A stretch of DNA of 64,000 nt. Source: Candidatus Zhuqueibacterota bacterium. Its GTDB lineage: Bacteria; Zhuqueibacterota; Zhuqueibacteria; Thermofontimicrobiales; Thermofontimicrobiaceae. The notes under the pieces were generated by a model that ran no database searches, was not told where the DNA came from, and worked only from the letters and a program-made list of their open reading frames with translations. Of this stretch, positions 28,484 to 38,185 are shown one piece after another. Position 1 is the stretch's first letter. The number at the start of each line of letters is the position of its first letter. The position numbers and the translations under genes were made by a program. Location: positions 21,801 through 85,800 of the forward strand of contig JBMOPW010000003.1 in assembly GCA_049322915.1 (NCBI GenBank), written 5' to 3'.

Positions 28484-28823
28484 ACAGGCCAGGCAGCATT
28501 ACAAGCAAACGCCCCGACCCGCCGGGGTTATTCTGATCAAAAATTTAGTCAATGGAAAAATGTTCATCGACAGCAGTCCCAATCTGAACGTCGCTTTTAA
28601 CAAGCACAAAGCCCAACTCAAATTCGGTTCGCACCGGAATCAACGGTTGCAGCAGGATTGGAACCAGTTCGGTCCGGACAATTTTTCATTCGAAATTCTG
28701 GAACAATTGAAACTGCAGGAAGACGTCAATTACAATTACACCGATGATCTTAAAATTTTGCGCCAGATCTGGCTGGATAAATTGCAGCCCTTTGACGACA
28801 GGGGATACAATAAAAAAACATGA
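28470..28823 (+). CDS. Small GIY-YIG nuclease-like domain protein with degenerate catalytic motifs
   Basis: Aligns by eye to the I-TevI/Seg-type GIY-YIG core (GVILIKNLVNGKMFIDSS...NKH...FEILEQ...GYN) but has GVI for GIY, FID for YVG, and A at the conserved Arg position; overlaps ArsR gene end by 14 nt; AAAGGAG RBS. Confidence 0.5.
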   Translation: MIDRKQARQHYKQTPRPAGVILIKNLVNGKMFIDSSPNLNVAFNKHKAQLKFGSHRNQRLQQDWNQFGPDNFSFEILEQLKLQEDVNYNYTDDLKILRQIWLDKLQPFDDRGYNKKT

Positions 28824-29005
28824 TTGAACCATTGCAGACCGAATGGCTGGCCCGACAAATGCCGATCCAGCCATCTCAATATCCCCGATGTCTTCCACCA
28901 CGCTTTTACTGAAATAATCTGCACCGCTGCGGACTGATGCATACATGCCCCTCATTTTCCCGCCGGCCTGACCGCTGTATTTTTTTAATCAGAAAAAAAA
29001 TTCCC

Positions 29006-29033
29006 TTGACTTTTTGAAATATTCTTATATATT
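29006..29033 (+). promoter_or_regulatory. Sigma70-like promoter (TTGACT-N16-TATATT) upstream of the GntR gene
   Basis: Read from sequence about 70 nt upstream of ATG 29102. Confidence 0.45.
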
Positions 29034-29101
29034 ATTATTGTACTATTCAAATAGTACAATAATCATCTAACACAAAAATCGTCTTTTGAGAGGGATCTAT
29101 T

Positions 29102-29482
29102 ATGATTGATTTTAAATTGGATCCGAAAAGCGGCGTTCCTTTTTATCGCCAGATCATCGACCAGATTCGCTTTGGGATTGCCACCGGCAGTCTCACCGTG
29201 GGCGAGCAGTTGCCCACCTCGCGGGCGCTGGCAGTGCAATTGAAAGTGAATTTGAACACAGTGACAAAGGCATACAAGGAACTGGAAATCCAGAAGATTT
29301 TGGAGACGCAACAGGGCACAGGCACATTCATTGGCTCTGTCAAAATTCAAATCGCCGCCAAAGAGCGCCAGGGAAAATTGGAAAGTATCTGCGCCGAATT
29401 TTCAAATATAGCATCCAGCTATGGTTTCAGCATCGATGAGCTAATTGACCAATTAAATAAAAGTAAAGGAGTGCAAAAATGA
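29102..29482 (+). CDS. GntR-family transcriptional regulator (short YtrA-like subfamily)
   Basis: 126-aa ORF; HTH PFYRQIIDQIRFGIATGSLTVGEQLPTSRALAVQLKVNLNTVTKAYKELE with short C-terminal helix. Confidence 0.85.
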   Translation: MIDFKLDPKSGVPFYRQIIDQIRFGIATGSLTVGEQLPTSRALAVQLKVNLNTVTKAYKELEIQKILETQQGTGTFIGSVKIQIAAKERQGKLESICAEFSNIASSYGFSIDELIDQLNKSKGVQK

Positions 29483-30363
29483 ATCTCAGTATTCAGCAAA
29501 AAAACATGTTCAATCCAATCGCATTGACCATTTTTAGCCTCGTCATTCTGATCGATGCCCTTCTCGTTGTGTTCGATATCATCTCGCTCCCGGTCAGCTT
29601 TGCCGGGGTTGTGTTAGCCTCTTTTTTAGCAGCAACCATTAAAATCGCTGACCAATGGGAAAAGGCCGTGGTGTTGCGCATGGGTAAGTTCATTGGTTTG
29701 AGGGGGCCCGGGCCGTTTTTCATCATCCCAATTCTCGACCGCGTGGATAATTACATTGACCAGCGCGTGCGAGTCACCGATTTTAAAGCAGAGGAGACGC
29801 TGACCAAAGATACCGTGCCGGTGAATGTTGATGCTGTTGTTTACTGGATGGTTTGGGATGTGGAAAAGGCGGCGCTGGAAGTTCAGGAATATACCAGCGC
29901 AGTGGCCTACATTGCTCTGACAGGCTTGCGCGACATTATCGGCAAACATGAATTGGCGGACTTGCTGCAGAATCGGGAAAAGATAGCCGAGGCATTGCAG
30001 ACCACACTCGATGAGCACACCAATCCGTGGGGAATTACCTGCCAGAATGTGGGCATCAAAGACATTGTCATCCCTGCGGCATTGGCCGATGCCATGAGTA
30101 AACAGGCTCAGGCTGAGCGGGAGCGGCAGGCCAGAATTATTCTGGGAACCGCTGAGACCGAAATCTCAGAAAAATTCAAAATCGCCAGCCAGAACTATCA
30201 GAACAATCCTGTGGCGCTTCAACTGCGCGGCATGAACATGCTCTTCGAAGGATTGAAGGAAAAAGGCTCACTGATTATCGTCCCTAGTTCGGCGCTGGAG
30301 TCCATGAATTTAGGCGCTATTGGCGGACTTTCCGCGCTGGCGAGGACAGAAGCTGAGAAGTAA
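29479..30363 (+). CDS. SPFH/band-7 (stomatin/prohibitin-like) membrane protein
   Basis: 294-aa ORF; N-terminal TM helices then band-7 core (VVLRMGKFIGLRGPGPFFIIPILDRV...); AAGGAG RBS; ATGA overlap with GntR stop. Confidence 0.85.
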   Translation: MNLSIQQKNMFNPIALTIFSLVILIDALLVVFDIISLPVSFAGVVLASFLAATIKIADQWEKAVVLRMGKFIGLRGPGPFFIIPILDRVDNYIDQRVRVTDFKAEETLTKDTVPVNVDAVVYWMVWDVEKAALEVQEYTSAVAYIALTGLRDIIGKHELADLLQNREKIAEALQTTLDEHTNPWGITCQNVGIKDIVIPAALADAMSKQAQAERERQARIILGTAETEISEKFKIASQNYQNNPVALQLRGMNMLFEGLKEKGSLIIVPSSALESMNLGAIGGLSALARTEAEK

Positions 30364-30583
30364 CGAGCGGCTTTCCGAGTCAATTCAGTTCTTCAATATA
30401 TGGATAATCCTTGCGAAGGCCCGAAACCTTCGCAGGGATCATTATGTCTCATTTGGAAAACGATTCGGTTCGAGAATATCAATGGACTCGTGCTTTCGGG
30501 CGCGGGCGTTTTTCAAAAACATCTTGCTTTTCTACTAAAAAGGATTTATCATTTATTGATTCAATACAAAGGGGAAGGGACCC

Positions 30584-30811
30584 ATGGATTCATCGAAAAT
30601 TACAGTACATTTGCCGGAAGAATTGAACCGCTTGCTCACAACCTACAGCAACGACATCGGGTGTTCCAAAGCGCGTCTCATTCACAAAATTATTTCAGCC
30701 TATTTCGCAGACATGAAAAATGTTGAGATCAGTTTTTCACCAAAGCTCGATTCATCGGATAGAAATAGCATTCTGAATAATTTCAAGAGGAAAATCGTTC
30801 ATCTGGTATGA
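30584..30811 (+). CDS. Small ribbon-helix-helix-like (CopG/Arc-like) protein, tentative
   Basis: 75-aa ORF; N-terminal ITVHLPEELNRLLTTYSNDIGCSKARLIHKIISAYF resembles an RHH beta-strand plus helix; GGGGAAGGGA RBS. Confidence 0.4.
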   Translation: MDSSKITVHLPEELNRLLTTYSNDIGCSKARLIHKIISAYFADMKNVEISFSPKLDSSDRNSILNNFKRKIVHLV

Positions 30812-30871
30812 TTCCTTAAAATTCCCCCTTGCCACTATTTTGCTCAGGAGTAATTGCGAAGGGATTGTCAA

Positions 30872-32764
30872 ATGATTAAAACGCTAAGACTCGCGCTGCT
30901 GTTCTCTTTGTTAATGGTTCCAGTGTCGCTGGCTCAACTCTCCTCCAGGTATTTCATTGATTATTCAGAAAGTGGAGAACACCTTTTCTTTCACGATGCC
31001 GGCGCCAACCATATTTTCATCGATGTGAATCCGGCGTCGCGGGACAGAGAGTCCATCTTTTTTATCTCGCGGTACGCAGATGTTGATACCGTGCACTTTT
31101 CCGTCTCAACACCATGGCCCCAGCCGCTGTATTCCTATGATAAAATCCACTGGTATCCAATCGACACCGGAAAGAACGCGGACGGGCGTTTTCATTTCCA
31201 ATTCAAATTCAGGAAAGATCATGTCTACGTCGCTCTGAACCCGCCGCCCGGTTACGAGCGTCCCGGCGCGCCGCTCGTCCAGAACCTCCCTACATTTCCT
31301 CCGTACTACACCTACGACAAGATTGTCAATTACGTGAACTCGATTGCCGGCCATCCATTCATCGAGCGGGTGATAGTGGGACAGAGCATTCAGGGTCGCG
31401 ATATTTTTATGCTCACAGTTACGGATCCCTCCATCCCGGACTCGCTGAAGAAATCGGTCTGGCTGCAATTTCGGGTACACGGCGATGAAATGGCGCAGAG
31501 TTATATTTTCGAAGGGCTGGTGAATTACCTGCTATCCGGGGATTCGGCTTCGGTTGCGCCGCAGGCATTGCAGCGCATTGTGTTCAAACTCATCCCGGTC
31601 ATCAACCCGGATGGCGTCGTGAATCGAACCCGCGGCAATTCCAATGGCGTGGACATGAATCGGATCTGGGTGGATTCCACCAATCACGAAGCTGAGGAGC
31701 CGGAAGTGCGTCTCGTGCACGACGTCCTGGACGACTGGATTTTGAATCACGGGCATAAGGTTAATTTTGCGCTCGACAAGCATGGCTGGGGCAGCGGCCA
31801 CGACGGAGGGTACCGCACTCTGGCCAGCGTGGCCGGCAATCCCTACGTTTTCGATCAAGTCACATTTCTCCGGCATTTGATCAATTACGATCCCTGGCAG
31901 CGATGGAACGATTGGACGTTCAGCGAAGGCGCCTGGGGGATGTTTCGGCTGGCCCTGTTCCGGCAGCATGGGCTGAACATCCTCACGTGGGAGACAACCA
32001 GCGGCCTTCGTTACGATGGCTCGGAGACCACCATCGACGATTTGAAGGAAGAAGGCGCGGCGTTCATCGACGCGCTGTATCGGTATTTGTTCCATGTCTA
32101 TTTCATCGATGGGAAGAAAAATGACGTCAGCGTTTACTCGCCGGGGGACTCGGTCTTCATCCGTCTCGAAGAAGCAGACGCCGCCAATCAGATCGAAAAA
32201 GACAAATGCCGCGTCATCCTCACCAGCTCGCTGAATGACACCGAGACGGTCGCGCTCAGTTTTGATCCCGGTGCACCCGGCGTGTATTACAGCCCTTCGG
32301 GGCTTCCGTTGAGCCCGACAACGCCTGTCCCGGAAGACGGCCTGTTGCAGATCGAACCGGAGAAACCCATTCGTGTCACGTACCAGGATGTGGATTTTCC
32401 CGGCGATTCGTGCAGCCAGGATATTCTCGTTTCTGCCTATTCCAGCGTCGCTCCGCGCCATGATTCGCCACTGCCCCAAGCGTTCGCGCTCTTCCAGAAT
32501 TACCCCAATCCATTCAACGGCGGAACGACGATTCAGTGTTACATTCCGGCATGGGCGCAACCCTCTCCGTTCACGCTGGCCATTTTCAATGTGCTGGGAA
32601 AAGAAGTGACGCGGCTTGCTGACCAAACCCTGGCGCCGGGGTATCACACTTTTCGCTGGGACGGCCGCGATGCCAATGGGATCAATGTCGCCAGCGGCCT
32701 CTATTTCTATTCGCTGAGCCACGCGTCCCAAACGTCGGTCAGGAAGCTGCTGCTCATCCGGTAA
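30872..32764 (+). CDS. Secreted M14-like zinc carboxypeptidase with T9SS C-terminal sorting domain
   Basis: Signal peptide MIKTLRLALLFSLLMVPVSLAQ; zinc-site motif RVHGDEMAQSYIFEG (HxxE); C-terminus FQNYPNPFNGGTTIQ...GLYFYSL; the 442-aa antisense ORF is discounted. Confidence 0.65.
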   Translation: MIKTLRLALLFSLLMVPVSLAQLSSRYFIDYSESGEHLFFHDAGANHIFIDVNPASRDRESIFFISRYADVDTVHFSVSTPWPQPLYSYDKIHWYPIDTGKNADGRFHFQFKFRKDHVYVALNPPPGYERPGAPLVQNLPTFPPYYTYDKIVNYVNSIAGHPFIERVIVGQSIQGRDIFMLTVTDPSIPDSLKKSVWLQFRVHGDEMAQSYIFEGLVNYLLSGDSASVAPQALQRIVFKLIPVINPDGVVNRTRGNSNGVDMNRIWVDSTNHEAEEPEVRLVHDVLDDWILNHGHKVNFALDKHGWGSGHDGGYRTLASVAGNPYVFDQVTFLRHLINYDPWQRWNDWTFSEGAWGMFRLALFRQHGLNILTWETTSGLRYDGSETTIDDLKEEGAAFIDALYRYLFHVYFIDGKKNDVSVYSPGDSVFIRLEEADAANQIEKDKCRVILTSSLNDTETVALSFDPGAPGVYYSPSGLPLSPTTPVPEDGLLQIEPEKPIRVTYQDVDFPGDSCSQDILVSAYSSVAPRHDSPLPQAFALFQNYPNPFNGGTTIQCYIPAWAQPSPFTLAIFNVLGKEVTRLADQTLAPGYHTFRWDGRDANGINVASGLYFYSLSHASQTSVRKLLLIR

Positions 32765-32878
32765 TTCAGGGACTCGGTATTCGGCTGAAGTTCGGAGCGC
32801 TTCATTCATTCGAAATCCGATCCGCTGCACAACCGCGGCAGCAGAAATTTTCATGCCCAAAACAAGCGAGGTGGCTTC

Positions 32879-34858
32879 ATGAATTCAATTCGCTCCCGAC
32901 GAACCGTCTGCGCGGCGATGGTGATTGGTTTTTTTCTCATCCATGCCGGAATCGCCCAGGAAAAACGCTCCCTGCTCAGCAGCGCCTATCCACCGTCTGC
33001 ATTGCCCAATCTGCTGCTTCAGAAATCCGATTGGCTACCATTCCCCACTGCGGCGCAGCGCGATGTCTGGCTCAACTTGCCGGACACGTTGCGCGCGGAT
33101 TTGCTGAAGCGGGGAGAGCGGTTGTTAAATTACCAGTGGCAGGCGCTTCCGGCCACCGTCTTTTTGGAATTCTCCCGAAATGGCAATCGAAGCCATTATC
33201 AGAATTTGCGCGATCAGCGGCGTCATGCGCTGGCCGATCTGGTGCTTGCTGAATGCATCGAACGTGACGGCCGATTTTTGGACGATCTGGTGAATGGCAT
33301 CTGGACAATTTGCGAGGAAACCTACTGGGGTGTGCCAGCCCATCTCAGCATGCAGCGACGCGGCTATGGGCTGCCGGATCCCAACGAGCCAACCGTTGAT
33401 CTGTTTGTAAGCGAGACCGCAGGTCTGCTGGCCTGGACCTATTACCTGCTTCACGAGCCACTCGGGGACTATTCGCCGCTCATTCAGGAGCGGATTGAAT
33501 CAGAAATTCAGCGGAGAATTCTCACACCGTGTCTGGAGCGCGATGACTTCTGGTGGATGGGATTCAAACCGCAGCATGCTGTCAACAACTGGAATCCCTG
33601 GATCAATTCAAACTGGCTGACGTGCGCGCTCATCATCGAAAAAGATGAGCAGAGAAGGCAGCAATCCGTTGCCAAAATCATGCGGAGCCTTGATGTCTTT
33701 ATCGACAGCTACCCGGAGGATGGCGGCTGCGATGAAGGGCCGGCGTACTGGAACCGCGCAGGGGCGTCCCTGTTCGACTGCCTGGAACTCCTCCATTCCG
33801 GCAGCGCAGGCCGAATCGATATTTACGATCAACCGCTCATTCGGGCCATGGCGCGATACATCGTTCACGCGCACATCGCTGAAAATTATTTCATCAATTT
33901 CGCCGATGCCCCGGCGATTGTGAATCTTGAGGCAGACCTCACGTATCGTTTTGGCCGCCGCATTCACGACGACCAGCTTGCCGATTTCGGCGGCTATATC
34001 GCTGACTTGCAGCGAAAGCGCGGGCATGGTATTTCAGGGAGTTTGGGTCGGCAATTGCCGGCCATTTTCAATGATGAAACGCTCGCCAATGCGCTGGCAA
34101 AGCCACCGCTATTGCGGGATGTCTGGATGGAAGGCAATCAGGTGATGGCAGCGCGATCCGAGGCAGGGTCAGCTCGCGGATTGTACGTGGCGGCCCAGGG
34201 CGGGCATAACCAGGAGAGTCATAATCACAACGATGTCGGAAATTTTATTGTCTATCTCAATGGCAAACCCATGATCATCGATGTCGGCGTGGAAACATAT
34301 ACCCGGAAGACATTCAGCGACGAGCGGTATGAAATATGGACCATGCAATCCGGCTATCACAATCTGCCAACGGTCAATGGCGTCATGCAAAAAGATGGTC
34401 GCCAGTTCGCTGCCCGGGATGTCGTTTACGATGCCAATGACGACTTTGCTCAACTGACGCTGGATATTGCCGGAGCGTATCCGGAAGAAGCGGGCGTCAC
34501 GTCATGGATTCGCTCCATCCGTTTGAACCGCGGCGATAATGTCGAGATTACCGAACGCATTGAACTGAACGCGCCGTCCGCCGATGTCGTCCTGAATTTG
34601 ATGACTGTTTGCCGCGTGGAGAACAAGTCCGACGGCGCTTTGGTGTTGTGTCATCCTGATTCGCAGCCACCGAATCACAAGCTTCAGCTCCATCTTGTAT
34701 TCGATGCGGAAAAATGGACAGCCAGTTCCGAGACGATTTCCATAACAGATTCTCAGTTGCAGGCGTTCTGGGGTGACACAATTTCCCGGATTCAATTGAA
34801 GGCGAACCATGCCATCAGCCGGGAAACCGCCGTCTATCGGCTGCGGCCTGTGAATTAG
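32879..34858 (+). CDS. Heparinase II/III-like (polysaccharide lyase-like) protein
   Basis: 659-aa ORF; signal peptide; C-terminal segment GGHNQESHNHNDVGNFIVYLNGKPMIIDVGVETYT resembles the heparinase II/III family; GAGGTGG RBS. Confidence 0.7.
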   Translation: MNSIRSRRTVCAAMVIGFFLIHAGIAQEKRSLLSSAYPPSALPNLLLQKSDWLPFPTAAQRDVWLNLPDTLRADLLKRGERLLNYQWQALPATVFLEFSRNGNRSHYQNLRDQRRHALADLVLAECIERDGRFLDDLVNGIWTICEETYWGVPAHLSMQRRGYGLPDPNEPTVDLFVSETAGLLAWTYYLLHEPLGDYSPLIQERIESEIQRRILTPCLERDDFWWMGFKPQHAVNNWNPWINSNWLTCALIIEKDEQRRQQSVAKIMRSLDVFIDSYPEDGGCDEGPAYWNRAGASLFDCLELLHSGSAGRIDIYDQPLIRAMARYIVHAHIAENYFINFADAPAIVNLEADLTYRFGRRIHDDQLADFGGYIADLQRKRGHGISGSLGRQLPAIFNDETLANALAKPPLLRDVWMEGNQVMAARSEAGSARGLYVAAQGGHNQESHNHNDVGNFIVYLNGKPMIIDVGVETYTRKTFSDERYEIWTMQSGYHNLPTVNGVMQKDGRQFAARDVVYDANDDFAQLTLDIAGAYPEEAGVTSWIRSIRLNRGDNVEITERIELNAPSADVVLNLMTVCRVENKSDGALVLCHPDSQPPNHKLQLHLVFDAEKWTASSETISITDSQLQAFWGDTISRIQLKANHAISRETAVYRLRPVN

Positions 34859-34876
34859 CCGGACGGGAGAGGCGGT

Positions 34877-36661
34877 TCATCGCGGCCGGGAAGGCTGTTT
34901 TTGTTTCAGGCAAAAATCTTCCAGACCGTTGAAAATTGCCAGCGCCAGTTTATCGAGAAACGCATCGTTCATCAGCAGCATTTCATCTTCCGGATGAGAG
35001 AGAAATGCGCCTTCCACCAAAACGATGAGCATATCGGTCTGACGGGTGACATAATAATCCGATTGGATTCTGCCAAATGGCTTCAGCCCGATTTTCAACA
35101 GACGGGGATAGATGGTCCAGGCGAGGTCCTGATTCTGGGGAATGGTGAAATAGGTGCTTGTGCCGCGCACTGCCAGCGGATCGGACGCGGCGCCGATCGA
35201 ATTGTTGTGCAGCCAACAAAAAATGTGAGCATTGCCTTGCCTGGCAATTTCCATTCGTTTGGCCAGCGTCATAGTCGTATCGACCTGCCGGGTGAGAATA
35301 ACCCGCGCTCCGGCAGAGTCCAGCAACGCCGCCAGTTTCTTTGTGTAGCGCAGGTTTACATCCTTCTCCATCAATCCGGTTGGGCCAATGGCGCCCTCTT
35401 CTTCGCCGCCGTGACCGGCGTCCAGAGCGAATGTCAAACCGGCTACAGGGCTTGCTGGCGGATCTGCTATCTTCGGCGCTTTCCGAATTTCAAGTATCAA
35501 ACGGCCCTGCTCCAGCGAAACGCGATGTCCCCATTGCTGTCTTTGTTTTAAGTCGACCCACAATTTGAACACGCCGGCGGTTGGCTGTGCCCATCGGATC
35601 ATTTTAATTGTCGTATCAAATTCCGGATATGTGATCCACTGGGAGAGCAGATACGCGCCGTAAACGGTCAATTCCAATCCGGGCGGCTCGACGGTCTGCT
35701 GCACCTGAAACGGGCATGCTGTCCGGATCTGCATGGTCAGCCGAATCCAGTCGCCAGCATAGCTTATGGATGGCAGACTGATGCTCGTGTGGGGGATCGG
35801 CGTTCCCTCCGGCAGCACTGTGACAGCGTCGCTCGGGATGTACGCATAATCGCTTTGTGACAGCCGGACTTTATAATGATTCCCGCGCGCGCTGATGATA
35901 TTGACCCGAACTCCTGCCGGCAAAAGGGACATCACGCCCAATCCAAACGGCGATGTTTTCAAATACGTGGGAATTTTTGTTTCCCCAATCATGGGGATAT
36001 TGCCGGTCATCACTGTCACCTTGGCTGTGGAAATTGCTTTCACATGGCTCCCGTCTTTGCCGCGCAATTCAAATTTGACCGGCTTGCTCAGGATTTTTTT
36101 ATCGGGTTCCAATCGAATGATGCCGCCATAAATTCCCTGCATTCCCGATGCATCTTCCGGCGGAAGTTCTATCATCGGGATATTTTTGCACAGCTTATCG
36201 ATGCTGAATTTCGCGGCGCCGCCGGGGCTTCCTTTGAAGCGCACCTCCAGCACTTCGCCTGAAAACAACGTGATGTCCTCGTCCGGCCACATCAGCTGTG
36301 TATCAATTTCCAGAGGCGTTTCCGGACTCACCGCCAACGGCGGGATTCGGTAAATGGTCACTACTTTTTCCTCGGTCCGCGATGTGTCCTTCCCCGCAAT
36401 GAGGATGGAATTCATTCCCGGCGATAAGGCGACACGCCCGACAAACGCGCCGGAAGGGAACACACGGGTGCTGTCCCCGTTAATAGTGACTCGCGCGCCG
36501 GGCTGGGTGCTGCCGGCGATTCGAATTCGGGTCACAGTGACAGAATCTCCATCGACAGGGAAAACGAGTTTAATGAGAGGTTGATTGTTCACATCCGGTT
36601 GCGCAACGATTTGTCCAATGCAAATCAGGACGGCAGCGAAGACAGTTCGCCCGTGTATCAT
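34877..36661 (-). CDS. N-acetylmuramoyl-L-alanine amidase (Amidase_3 family) with N-terminal Ig-like domains
   Basis: 594-aa ORF; signal peptide; Amidase_3 core LTFALDAGHGGEEEGAIGPTGLMEKDVNLRYTKKLAALLDSAGARVILTR; GAGGAA RBS. Confidence 0.85.
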   Translation of the reverse strand: MIHGRTVFAAVLICIGQIVAQPDVNNQPLIKLVFPVDGDSVTVTRIRIAGSTQPGARVTINGDSTRVFPSGAFVGRVALSPGMNSILIAGKDTSRTEEKVVTIYRIPPLAVSPETPLEIDTQLMWPDEDITLFSGEVLEVRFKGSPGGAAKFSIDKLCKNIPMIELPPEDASGMQGIYGGIIRLEPDKKILSKPVKFELRGKDGSHVKAISTAKVTVMTGNIPMIGETKIPTYLKTSPFGLGVMSLLPAGVRVNIISARGNHYKVRLSQSDYAYIPSDAVTVLPEGTPIPHTSISLPSISYAGDWIRLTMQIRTACPFQVQQTVEPPGLELTVYGAYLLSQWITYPEFDTTIKMIRWAQPTAGVFKLWVDLKQRQQWGHRVSLEQGRLILEIRKAPKIADPPASPVAGLTFALDAGHGGEEEGAIGPTGLMEKDVNLRYTKKLAALLDSAGARVILTRQVDTTMTLAKRMEIARQGNAHIFCWLHNNSIGAASDPLAVRGTSTYFTIPQNQDLAWTIYPRLLKIGLKPFGRIQSDYYVTRQTDMLIVLVEGAFLSHPEDEMLLMNDAFLDKLALAIFNGLEDFCLKQKQPSRPR

Positions 36662-36927
36662 CTTTTTCCTCGATGGATAAAGTGAAAGTCAGGTAATTGA
36701 ATTTGTAAAGAAGATGTCTTGCAGATAGATTTCCGGTTCACATGGAAATTTCGAGTCACATGTACCCCAACCGAAAAAGAGGGAGTTTGAAATCAATGTG
36801 CCGGCGCTGAAGGCAGTCGTGTCAAAGCAGGAAAATCTCTGTTGCCTTTGAAATAAAAACTGGATGAATCAGGATAAGGCAACAGTCACCGCGCCGGCAT
36901 TTTTTATTCAGCAATAAATCAGCTATG

Positions 36928-37266
36928 TTACGCCAACCAGTATAAAATTCGACCGCATCCTTCGCAGTAGAAGACAGTGCTGTCGGTGCGACCCACGGTC
37001 GATATGGACGTCGGAAGTTTGATAAAACAGCCCAGGCAGATATTATCTTCCTGAACCGGAACGATGGCTCGTTTGTAACGTTTTTTCAGTTTCTCGTAAC
37101 TGTACAACAAGGGTTTACTGATTTTAGAGGCCAATTCATCACGAGCCTTCACGAGCTCTTCTTCGCGTTCCGCTACAAACCCAAGACGTTTCACTTCCGA
37201 AATTTCTTCGATCATCATGTCCAGGTCCTGCAACGCAACCAGCTTTTCTATATCTTTTTTTTCCAA
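36928..37266 (-). CDS. Small zinc-ribbon protein with N-terminal coiled-coil segment
   Basis: 112-aa ORF (TTG start, AAAGGA RBS); CxxC...CxxC at C-terminus (CLGCFIKL...YCEGCG). Confidence 0.5.
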   Translation of the reverse strand: MEKKDIEKLVALQDLDMMIEEISEVKRLGFVAEREEELVKARDELASKISKPLLYSYEKLKKRYKRAIVPVQEDNICLGCFIKLPTSISTVGRTDSTVFYCEGCGRILYWLA

Positions 37267-37270
37267 CGTT

Positions 37271-37732
37271 CTATCCTTTCAAAAGAGTCTCGATGAACTC
37301 AGAATATGAATCCGTTGACATTAGTTTACTTCGGACTTTGGACTTGCTGAGTATTTCCACCATCTTTCCCAGAATAGGCAGATACATATTATTTTCATCC
37401 TGCGGCGGGGCGATGATCATGAAAATGAGGTGCACCGGTTTTCCATCAATGGCATCGTATTCAATGCCGGCCTCGGAACGTCCGAAGGCAATAATGATAT
37501 CTGACGCCGATGTAGTGCGACCGTGAGGGATAGCGATTCCCTTGCCGATGCCAGTGCTACCCAGCCGTTCGCGCTGATAGAGCATTTCAAGCACGATATC
37601 TTTATTTTTAAGATACTTCACATCAACAAAATGCTCGACGATTTCTTCTAACAGTTTATCCTTTGTCTTCGCTTTTAAGTTTGGCAAAAATAGGTGTTCG
37701 TCAAAATAAATCAATAAATCATCCTTATCCAT
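37271..37732 (-). CDS. ptsN: PTS EIIA-Ntr-type nitrogen regulatory protein PtsN
   Basis: Start MDKDDLLIYFDE with AAGGTGG RBS; PTS_EIIA_2 active-site region GSTGIGKGIAIPHGR. Confidence 0.8.
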   Translation of the reverse strand: MDKDDLLIYFDEHLFLPNLKAKTKDKLLEEIVEHFVDVKYLKNKDIVLEMLYQRERLGSTGIGKGIAIPHGRTTSASDIIIAFGRSEAGIEYDAIDGKPVHLIFMIIAPPQDENNMYLPILGKMVEILSKSKVRSKLMSTDSYSEFIETLLKG

Positions 37733-37754
37733 TTCACCCACCTTAGTTGTACTT

Positions 37755-38009
37755 TTATACGATACTCCCGTCCTCAATTATTTTTCTCAACACAGGACGG
37801 ATATAGATATGGTTTAATTCCATTTGTCTCAGTTCGGCAGCAATGACCTTAATCTTGTTTTCCGTCGGTAGCTTCGCATTGATGATCATGATATTTTTGC
37901 CGGGCATTCGACACAGCCCGCCGGCGAAGTCGCCCTTCTCGTAGCGCAAATCAATCGAGAGGTGCTCAATCAGGTTTTCAAAACCCTCTAAAATGTTTTG
38001 TGGTTTCAT
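37755..38009 (-). CDS. Hypothetical 84-aa protein upstream of ptsN
   Basis: ATG start; no recognisable motif; co-directional and tightly spaced with ptsN. Confidence 0.4.
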   Translation of the reverse strand: MKPQNILEGFENLIEHLSIDLRYEKGDFAGGLCRMPGKNIMIINAKLPTENKIKVIAAELRQMELNHIYIRPVLRKIIEDGSIV

Positions 38010-38185
38010 ACGGTATGACCTGTATTATACAAATGAAATTTTCTTGTGATCTCACTTCAGGAATTGATAGCAAAACATCCGGCCGCACACCGTTCGTCCG
38101 GAGTTCAGATTGGGATTTTCTGAACTCATGAAAAAAATCGCCGTACCCATTTTTCGATCACCGGCAGCACGCCAGCAATCAAACG

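Noticed and set aside
31532-32860. 442-aa minus-strand ORF overlapping the M14 carboxypeptidase gene
   Set aside because: The plus-strand product has signal peptide, HxxE zinc site and T9SS C-terminal domain; the minus-strand translation is Arg-rich with no recognisable features.
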